This document shows positions 7,838-13,863 of a stretch of DNA of 13,863 bases, piece after piece (the first letter of the stretch is position 1; the number at the start of each line of letters is the position of its first letter). Both the position numbers and the translations under genes were made by a program. This DNA comes from Thermodesulfobacteriota bacterium (GTDB lineage: Bacteria > Desulfobacterota > Desulfobulbia > Desulfobulbales > SURF-16). The stretch covers positions 1 through 13,863 of the forward strand of contig JBFMAY010000065.1 in NCBI GenBank assembly GCA_040755455.1, given 5' to 3'. Under the pieces are notes generated by a model, which had not been told where the DNA came from, ran no database searches, and saw only the letters and a program-made list of their open reading frames with translations.

Positions 7838-9295
7838 TTATGTCGCGGCTTTATTTTCGGCCTTGCTGACAATTTTTTTAATCAGGTCACGGAAAACCAG
7901 GAAGTGCAGGGGCAGAACGGAGTACCAGTACAGCCTGCCCCAGATCCCTCTGGGGTAGAAATGAGCTGTCTGGATCAGTGTATGGCCCTGGATGTCGAAT
8001 TCAAGCCAGGCCTTGCCGGGGAGCTTCATCTGGGCAAGCAGCAGAAGGCGTTTGTTCGGTTTCATATCAACCACCTTCCAGAAATCCACAGCATCACCAA
8101 CCCGCAGATCGGCCGGGTCGCGTCTGCCCCGGTTCAGGCCGTAGCCTCCAAAAATTTTGTCGATGAATCCCCGTAATCTCCAGAGAAAATTGTAGGTGAA
8201 CCATCCTGTATCGCCCCCGATGGAGCATACTGCCGCATATATTTTTTCACCGGCAATATCGCCGAAATCATAGATGCGCCGGTCCCGGAGAATCGCTGCG
8301 GCAATATCTTCCTGATCGTTGATATCACAGGTGGCACCTCCGCTTGAGTCGCACCAGCGGCTGATGACCTGATTGTCTTCGATATCGCGGATGGCCTGTA
8401 AAACAGCATCGCGGTATGGCAGGGGCCTGATATGCGGGAAATAACGGGCGGCATGGTCATTCTGCATGACGGTTTCCGATTTGAGGCCTTCTATCAGCGC
8501 GGCGGCAACCTTGAATGGCACGGGGGTGAACAGGAGCAGCCAGTAGGCTGACAACCGCGGGGTAAGAACCGGCACCGGGACAATGAAACGCTTAAGCTTC
8601 ATTGCCTGTGCCGTCTGCACCAGCATATCCCCGAATTTCATCCGGCCGCAGCCGATGTCAACCACCAGGTTGCCCTGGTAAGCAAGGTCCTGGCAGGAGA
8701 CAAGATAAGAAAGGACGTCAGCCACGGCAATGGGCTGGGTCTGGGTGGTAACCCACCTTGGCGTGACCATTACCGGCAGTTTCTGGACCAGATGGCGGAT
8801 GATTTCAAAACTGGCGCTGCCTGAGCCGATGATGACCCCGGCCCTGAGCCAGATCGTCTGGATCGCCTCGGGTCTGGCGGAAAGGATTTCACCGGTTTCG
8901 ATGCGGCTGAGCAGATGTTTGCTGGCTGTTTCCTTCACCCCGAGTCCGCCGAGATAGACAATGCGCTTTACTCCGGCGGCGATGCAGGCGTCCCGGAAAT
9001 TTTCGGCGCTCACCCGGTCAAGCCGTTCAAAATCCGCCACGGCGCCCATTGAGTGAATAAGGTAGTAGGCGGTATCAATGCCGGCAACGGCCCGGGCCAG
9101 GGCCTGCTTGTGAAAGGTGTCCCCCTCGACAATTTCCACCTGCGGCCTGAGCTGCGGGTTGACCTTGTTGCGGTTTCTGACCAGCAGGCGTAGGGCCAGG
9201 GCAGGATTTTCCAGGAGCCGGATCTTCAGTCTCCTGCCGATGTAGCCGGTGGCGCCGGTTATAAGAATTTTTTTTTGCAATTGACCGTCAGTCAT
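7838..9295 (-). CDS. ybjT: YbjT-like atypical SDR/NAD(P)-binding protein with C-terminal DUF2867-type domain, 485 aa
   Basis: ILITGATGYIG Rossmann motif, AYYLIHSM, IVYLGGLG, HLLSRIETG, IIGSGSASFEI, TQPIAV. C-terminal IGGDTGW...LWRLRGFID...VDFWKV...AQMKLPGKAWLEF...GRLYWY. Confidence 0.88.
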   Translation of the reverse strand: MTDGQLQKKILITGATGYIGRRLKIRLLENPALALRLLVRNRNKVNPQLRPQVEIVEGDTFHKQALARAVAGIDTAYYLIHSMGAVADFERLDRVSAENFRDACIAAGVKRIVYLGGLGVKETASKHLLSRIETGEILSARPEAIQTIWLRAGVIIGSGSASFEIIRHLVQKLPVMVTPRWVTTQTQPIAVADVLSYLVSCQDLAYQGNLVVDIGCGRMKFGDMLVQTAQAMKLKRFIVPVPVLTPRLSAYWLLLFTPVPFKVAAALIEGLKSETVMQNDHAARYFPHIRPLPYRDAVLQAIRDIEDNQVISRWCDSSGGATCDINDQEDIAAAILRDRRIYDFGDIAGEKIYAAVCSIGGDTGWFTYNFLWRLRGFIDKIFGGYGLNRGRRDPADLRVGDAVDFWKVVDMKPNKRLLLLAQMKLPGKAWLEFDIQGHTLIQTAHFYPRGIWGRLYWYSVLPLHFLVFRDLIKKIVSKAENKAAT

Positions 9296-9399
9296 GATAG
9301 GGAGAGGTTCATTGGCCGGTTGGCGGATCCGCCCCGCTAGTCAAGATGGGCTGCCCGGTCTCAGCTTCAGCCTGGTGCTGATTGTCGGGCGCTCTGAAA

Positions 9400-9448
9400 A
9401 TTATAAAGAAAGGAACCGCTCTCGGAAAAGGGCTGTCCGGGCAGCGGT
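9400..9448 (-). terminator. Possible intrinsic terminator downstream of the TPR-barrel gene
   Basis: Minus strand ACCGCTGCCCGGA...TCCGAGAGCGGT stem (ACCGCT 9415-9420 / AGCGGT 9443-9448) followed by TCCTTTCTTT. Confidence 0.4.
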
Positions 9449-9484
9449 AGAGCAGTCTGTCAGTCCTGGATAGCAGATTGGTTG

Positions 9485-10789
9485 TCAAAAAGAGCGCGCA
9501 AGAAACAGAGTAACCGCATTACGGGTATAGTCATATGAATCGTCATTGGATTCGTTATAGTTGTGTTCAAGTTTGCAGGAGATTTCCCACCCGTTAACCA
9601 GGAAGTAGGTGAGTTTGAGCGTGTAGTTAAACCTGTCTTCATCCCGGTCATCAAAGGATGCTATGTCATAATGGCCGGCGCGGTAGGCGACATAGAGATT
9701 GACCCCCACATTGTCCAGCGGTTTCATATCCAATCCCGCGGCAAAAAGATGCCGGGTGGGAGAAGCATCCTTGTCATCGCGATCGTTCAGTTCAAGGGTG
9801 TAGGCCAGATACGTGGCACAGCCGCCGAATTTTCTGGAAAGTTCTGCCATGGTCCGGTGACGCCAGCCGGAAAGATAATCGTAGTCGGAATCGAGGACGT
9901 CGAAGTAATTCAGTCGGTAACGCAGGCGGAAGTCGGTTGATGACCACAGGGGACGTTTGGCCTGTAAACTGATCATCGGGCTCTGTTCATAGCTTTGTCC
10001 GTTAATGATGCTGTAATAGTAACCGCCGCCTCCCTCCAATTGATAGCTGCCCGCCTGTTTCCAGTGGAAGAAGGCAAGGTCGGCCGTGCCGGTGTCATAC
10101 TCATTGACCTCGGCGTATTTCAGATAGGATATGCTGGACTGGAAATATGAGCCCGAGGTGGAAGAGTCCCCGGCAAAGGACTTTCTGGTGGAAAGATACA
10201 AATCAAGAAACCAGTCTTCCATATTGCTGGCCTGCAGAAAATCTGCATCAGGTATCAGTTCCACATTGTCGTCATAGCCTATGCCGGCTGATGCATAACC
10301 GGTCCAGGGGGAAGAACCCGAAGAATCCTTCTTGTCCTTGAGCTGGCCCAGGGCGTTGGCGGCAAGCGCCCGGAGATTGACGTCGTCTGGCGCGGCATTA
10401 TCATATGCCTTCTGCAGCCAGGAGAGGGCATTCTTGTGGTCGGATTGTTTCTCGGCGACAACTCCCAGGTTGTAATATGCCAGGGGAGCCATTTGCGGAA
10501 ATGTGGCGGTCTTGCGAAAGGCCTCTTCAGCCTCCTGATAACGGCCTAATTTGTAACAGCAGACCCCGATATTGTAATGCAATGAAGGCTTGTCAAACCC
10601 CAAGGACTGAGCCTGATGAAAAAAATCCAGAGCGCCTGCATAATTTCCTTGCTTGAAAGCGGTTACCCCGGCTTGAAAAGCGGCGGATTCCGGCTGGTTT
10701 TCAGCGTGCACTTCCTGGCTGAATACAATCAGGACCACCAGAAAAAATGTCAGAAAAATTTTCCAGCGCAAAAGATGAATACGTTGCAT
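9485..10789 (-). CDS. Signal peptide + TPR + outer-membrane beta-barrel protein (Slam/DUF560-like), 434 aa
   Basis: RBS AGGAAGAGG; signal VHA|EN; TPR helices (FQAGVTAFKQGNYAGALDFF, HYNIGVCCYKLGRYQEAEEAF, AYYNLGVVAEKQ); barrel starting GIGYDDNV; about 14 amphipathic strands; ESN...YDYTRN and terminal Phe (BAM signal). Confidence 0.8.
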   Translation of the reverse strand: MQRIHLLRWKIFLTFFLVVLIVFSQEVHAENQPESAAFQAGVTAFKQGNYAGALDFFHQAQSLGFDKPSLHYNIGVCCYKLGRYQEAEEAFRKTATFPQMAPLAYYNLGVVAEKQSDHKNALSWLQKAYDNAAPDDVNLRALAANALGQLKDKKDSSGSSPWTGYASAGIGYDDNVELIPDADFLQASNMEDWFLDLYLSTRKSFAGDSSTSGSYFQSSISYLKYAEVNEYDTGTADLAFFHWKQAGSYQLEGGGGYYYSIINGQSYEQSPMISLQAKRPLWSSTDFRLRYRLNYFDVLDSDYDYLSGWRHRTMAELSRKFGGCATYLAYTLELNDRDDKDASPTRHLFAAGLDMKPLDNVGVNLYVAYRAGHYDIASFDDRDEDRFNYTLKLTYFLVNGWEISCKLEHNYNESNDDSYDYTRNAVTLFLARSF

Positions 10790-10949
10790 ACCTCTTCCTT
10801 GGCAGATTTTTATATCACATTTGCGATTGTGCCAATTTCAGAAGCGATTTGCAATCCTTAAAATGGAGATCAAAGACATTTGATTTGTCAGCCGGGATAA
10901 AGAGGCGGGCGTTCAGGGCGATATAAAATATTGGCTCCCATGCAACCAC

Positions 10950-10980
10950 AAAAAAAAGCCACCGATTCTCCGGGGCTTTT
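10950..10980 (-). terminator. Intrinsic terminator after the repeat-protein gene
   Basis: Minus strand AAAAGCCCCG-GAGAAT-CGGTGGC-TTTTTTTT: GC stem with one bulge plus T8, about 50 nt after the stop. Confidence 0.7.
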
Positions 10981-11032
10981 GCGCTGCTGATTGCAGGGCG
11001 CTACAGGAAATAATTATTTTACGTTATGAATA

Positions 11033-11635
11033 TCAGTTACCTTTTTGTTTGATTTCTTGTTTTTGAGTTGCGTCACCCTTTGCGCCGCTGTCAGAAGGTC
11101 CTGCGCTTGCATTGTCTCTATTGTCCATTTCCCCGGGGCTGACGGTATCAGGGCGGCCGGCATTATCCGTTACCGTATCAGGGCGGCCGGCATTATCCGT
11201 CACGGTATCAGGGCGGCCGGCATCATCAGGACGACTGACGGCATCAGGTTGGCCGGCATCATCAGGACGGTTACTATTCTGTTGTGAGTCCTGCTTTCCC
11301 TCGGTAAAAGGGTTTGGCCCATGGCCCTGTCCTTCGCCAGGCCCATTGGAAAATTCAGGGCCGTTCCCCGGTTGCTCCTGAGGTCTTTCCCCTTCCCGGT
11401 ATTGGGAGCGCAGCGGCAATTCTATGATATTGGTGATATCTTTGGAGGACTGGACGTCCTCGTCAACAACTTCCATGGTGATGTCAAGGTCAATTGAGGC
11501 ATCGGCCAGCAGCAACTGACTCTCGGACAGATTCTGAGCCCTGCCGGTTACAATATTATCGCTTTCTGCAAAAGCACTGCCCCCGCCCAGAATCAGTCCT
11601 GCCGCAAAGACTGAGCTCACCCATAAGTATTTCAT
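11033..11635 (-). CDS. Secreted acidic, largely disordered protein with tandem repeats, 200 aa
   Basis: RBS GAGGTGA; signal AFA|ES; short ordered segment DLDITMEVVDED...ITNIIELP; G/P/N/D-rich tail with four D[DN]AG[QR]PD[AT]V[ST] units. Confidence 0.8.
   Translation of the reverse strand: MKYLWVSSVFAAGLILGGGSAFAESDNIVTGRAQNLSESQLLLADASIDLDITMEVVDEDVQSSKDITNIIELPLRSQYREGERPQEQPGNGPEFSNGPGEGQGHGPNPFTEGKQDSQQNSNRPDDAGQPDAVSRPDDAGRPDTVTDNAGRPDTVTDNAGRPDTVSPGEMDNRDNASAGPSDSGAKGDATQKQEIKQKGN
11141..11270. repeat. Coding tandem repeat: two 30-bp units followed by two ~36-bp units
   Basis: Unit nACnGTATCAGGGCGGCCGGCATTATCCGT at 11141 and 11171, with variants at 11201 and 11237. Unit lengths are multiples of 3 and the two 30-bp units differ only at synonymous positions. 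Confidence 0.95.
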
Positions 11636-11682
11636 CTACTCACCTCATGTAAAGTATTATAAACGCAAATCCGTTTGTTCTT

Positions 11683-12357
11683 TTAAACCATATAGTTGTA
11701 ATCATGCAAATTTCCTCTTGCATGACTGTTGTGTATCTTCATTGCCAGTTTCAGCAGTTTGCTTTTGTTTTCATGATTGATGCGCGTCACCAGTTCAACA
11801 TTTCCGGTACGTTTCGCGACAATTGGCAGACTGAGCAGGTTTTTCCCCTTGCGCAGATCGGTTTTCCACTCTATCTCGCTTCTTCCGGGAAAACCTACCA
11901 TTTCCACCTGTTCCGGCAGCTCAATGGTGACATGGGCATCTAACAGGTCACGGGGGACATTGACCACCACATTGACAATTTTCTGTTCATTAATTTTTAT
12001 GGTTAGCTGCGCCGTGGGCAGCTCCGTGGCCGGTTGATTAATCATGCGGGGCAATCCGCTGACCAGCCACAAAACGAGGCAGGCCGCCATGGCGGCACTG
12101 AATGCAGGGGTCAGATTCTTTGGCAGCCTCCATCCGCGGGCGGATTGGGCATGCTGCAGGGAGCGTCTGACAAAGCCTGGCGATGGCGCAGGAACCGGCA
12201 TGGCGCGCAGGGCCTGCAGCATCTCCTCGTCGCGTTTGAAGGCGGCGTGACATTGAGGGCAGCTGTCAAGGTGCGCTCTGACGGCAGCCTTCTCTTCCTG
12301 ATTGAGGTAGCCGTCCATATAATCGTCTCTATATTCCAGTGCTTTTCCGCAATTCAT
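11683..12357 (-). CDS. Zinc-binding (zf-HC2/ZAS) transmembrane anti-sigma factor with a beta-rich periplasmic domain, 224 aa
   Basis: MNC...YMDGYL...HLDSCPQC (HxxxCxxC), TM AAMAACLVLWLVSG, C-terminal beta-strand-rich domain. RBS AGGTG. Directly downstream of the ECF sigma gene. Confidence 0.9.
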   Translation of the reverse strand: MNCGKALEYRDDYMDGYLNQEEKAAVRAHLDSCPQCHAAFKRDEEMLQALRAMPVPAPSPGFVRRSLQHAQSARGWRLPKNLTPAFSAAMAACLVLWLVSGLPRMINQPATELPTAQLTIKINEQKIVNVVVNVPRDLLDAHVTIELPEQVEMVGFPGRSEIEWKTDLRKGKNLLSLPIVAKRTGNVELVTRINHENKSKLLKLAMKIHNSHARGNLHDYNYMV

Positions 12358-12380
12358 AATTATTCACCTATAAATATATA

Positions 12381-12406
12381 AACGACTGTTCTGACTAAAA
12401 GGTTTC
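12381..12406 (-). promoter_or_regulatory. ECF promoter P2 for the anti-sigma gene: GAAACC-N16-CGTT
   Basis: Minus strand tGAAACCTTTTAGTCAGAACAGTCGTTT. The -35 lies in the last codons of the sigma gene. Shares AACCTTTTAG-N10-CGTTT with P1. Confidence 0.7.
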
Positions 12407-12958
12407 ATGCTGCAATATTTTTCTGAGACTCGCTCTGGCGCGATGAAGCCGGGATTTCAGGGTGCCGATCGGCGTGTCCAGGATTTCTTCCAGTTCATTT
12501 AATGTATAGCCCTCGACATCATGAAGTAAGCAGAGATGTTTCTGGTCGAGGTTGAGAGAATTGATTGCCTGCATCAGCCTTTCCCGCACCTGGTTGTTTT
12601 CCGATATTTCTTCCGGGCCGCTGTTCTTGGACGGTATCGATTCCAGAATCGAGTTGTTTTCATCATCGTTGTTATTTTGCAGAAGATGCAAGGGAGACCG
12701 GACCATGCGCCGGCGCTGGTCGATAAACGTCCGATACAATACCTTCACCAACCACGGCCCGGGATTTTCCAGGCTGCCCAGGGCTTGCCGCTTCGGATAA
12801 ACCTTGACCAGCACATCCTGCACCAGATCTTCCGCATCCGAGGCAGACCCGCAAAGGCGGTAGGCTACCCGGTACAGTTTCAGGATATAGGGATGGACGA
12901 TCTTCTCAAATTCAGAAGTCTGGGAAAAATACTGTATGAGGCTGATTACTTTTTCCAT
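12395..12958 (-). CDS. ECF (group 4) RNA polymerase sigma factor, 187 aa
   Basis: Region 2 LYRVAYRLCG..DAEDLVQDVLVKVY..WLVKVLYRTFID; region 4 LLHDVEGYTLNELEEILDTPIGTLKSRLHRAR. Start placed at ATG 12958, just downstream of P1. Confidence 0.93.
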   Translation of the reverse strand: MEKVISLIQYFSQTSEFEKIVHPYILKLYRVAYRLCGSASDAEDLVQDVLVKVYPKRQALGSLENPGPWLVKVLYRTFIDQRRRMVRSPLHLLQNNNDDENNSILESIPSKNSGPEEISENNQVRERLMQAINSLNLDQKHLCLLHDVEGYTLNELEEILDTPIGTLKSRLHRARASLRKILQHETF

Positions 12959-12975
12959 GGGATTATCAATAGAAA

Positions 12976-13001
12976 AACGTAATCTGCGTCTAAAAGGTTC
13001 C
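12976..13001 (-). promoter_or_regulatory. ECF promoter P1 (autoregulatory): GGAACC-N16-CGTT
   Basis: Minus strand GGAACCTTTTAGACGCAGATTACGTTTT with the typical ECF AAC (-35) and CGT (-10) cores, ending 17 nt before the sigma ATG. Confidence 0.75.
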
Positions 13002-13255
13002 CGATTTTTTATAAGTTTTGCCAAAAAAAATCCCTGGATCTCTGTATTTGCTGCGGGCTGATAGGACTGAATAAGTAAACCTCTGACTATGATACTAACT
13101 TTCCGGCAAATTTGTCTCGTAATTTCCTTTAGTTTATCATTTGCCTGCCAAAAAACATGTGACATGCGGTAACTTTCAAAAATCATATCAATAACATATT
13201 GCCAGCAGTGTTTTCCGCCACATGGGGCAAGCGCAACAAAAATAGAATGGGTCAT

Positions 13256-13281
13256 GGAACTATTACATGAGTTTATTCGTG
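13256..13281 (+). promoter_or_regulatory. ECF promoter P3 for the divergent genes: GGAACT-N16-CGTG
   Basis: GGAACTATTACATGAGTTTATTCGTG, with the same 16-nt spacer as P1 and P2, upstream of RBS AGGAG (13314-13318). Confidence 0.6.
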
Positions 13282-13326
13282 ATTACTGTATACATTCGCC
13301 CATGAAATTTTAAAGGAGAAAATAAT

Positions 13327-13650
13327 ATGCGAATAAAATTTTTGTCTATTGTTACAATCGGTTGTTGTTTAATTATGTTTAACGGGGAAGCGTTGGCCAG
13401 AGGTGGTGGAGGGGGAGGCGCAGGTGGCGGGTCTGCCAGCGGTTCACTGGGTGTTATGACCAGATCGGCAGGGGAAACAGGGGCCGGCAAGGTGGAACAG
13501 AACAAATACCTCAACCAGGAAAAAGCCACGGATCAGGACAAGGATCAGGAGCGTTACAAAGATGCCGATGCTGAAAAAGATACGGCCAAGGCCAAGGCCA
13601 AAGCAAAGGCAACAAAGAGGGCTCTTTCAAGCGGTAAACAGTCTGAATAA
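13327..13650 (+). CDS. Small secreted low-complexity protein (Gly-rich, then DQDKDQ and AKAKAK), 107 aa
   Basis: RBS AGGAG; signal peptide ALA|RG; poly-Gly followed by a charged repetitive tail. Confidence 0.75.
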   Translation: MRIKFLSIVTIGCCLIMFNGEALARGGGGGGAGGGSASGSLGVMTRSAGETGAGKVEQNKYLNQEKATDQDKDQERYKDADAEKDTAKAKAKAKATKRALSSGKQSE

Positions 13651-13742
13651 GCAGGCCGCTTTTTTTGCCTTGATGACACTAGGGTTATGACCAAGAGAAT
13701 TTGTTTCATTTATTTTATCTAACCAAAAAATAGGAGAAAAAA

Positions 13743-13863
13743 ATGTTTCGTGTAAAAACTCTTATGCTGGCAGGAGTTGTTTTCGGGCTGAGCGCCCAAG
13801 CCGCCTGGGCGGACAGCATCGATCAGGTCGTTTTGCAGCCGGGTGACCCCATGGCCGTCGCGG
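13743..13863 (+). CDS. Secreted protein, N-terminus only (runs off the window)
   Basis: RBS AGGAG 13732-13736. MFRVKTLMLAGVVFGLSAQAAWA|DSIDQVVLQPGDPMAVA is a clear signal peptide and the frame is open to the edge. Not listed in the ORF track. Confidence 0.75.
   Translation, partial: MFRVKTLMLAGVVFGLSAQAAWADSIDQVVLQPGDPMAVA

Noticed and set aside
7831..7846. TTTATGTCGC as a third enhancer site
   Set aside because: Only a half-site, located at the 3' junction of convergent genes with no promoter nearby.
9412..9437. GGAACC-N16-TGTC as another ECF promoter
   Set aside because: The -10 does not match, it points antisense into the barrel gene, and it overlaps a terminator-like hairpin.
11141..11270. 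30-36 bp repeats as a CRISPR array
   Set aside because: The units are contiguous with no unique spacers, are in frame within a CDS, and no cas genes are present.
12959..13255. 99-codon N-terminal extension of the sigma ORF
   Set aside because: AT-rich promoter DNA with no domain-like sequence, and P1 lies inside it.
13649..13670. AAGC-AGGCC-GCTT + T-run as a terminator
   Set aside because: The stem is only 4 bp; read-through to 13743 is more plausible.

Overview
Bacterial chromosomal DNA; the protein styles suggest a Desulfobacterota/'deltaproteobacterial' source (inference). There are three blocks. (1) 1-1686 (+): beta and gamma subunits of a 2-oxoacid:ferredoxin oxidoreductase (korB, korC), possibly preceded by the last codons of korA. 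(2) 1826-7760 (+): a PAS hybrid histidine kinase and an NtrC-family sigma54 activator, then a clear sigma54 promoter with two candidate palindromic enhancer sites. These precede an Asp-to-Glu receiver protein, a frameshifted cheW pseudogene and an orphan chemoreceptor. A convergent YbjT-like NAD(P)-binding/DUF2867 gene follows (7838-9295, -). (3) 9485-13863: an ECF sigma factor, a zinc-finger anti-sigma, a secreted tandem-repeat protein and a TPR plus ~14-strand outer-membrane barrel (Slam/T11SS-like), all on the - strand, with two divergent secreted-protein genes on the + strand. Three matching ECF promoters (G[GA]AAC[CT]-N16-CGT[TG]) link block 3 into a probable regulon, which is the best candidate for an undescribed system. 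No rRNA, tRNA, CRISPR array or mobile element was seen. All family assignments come from motifs read by eye, with no database searches.
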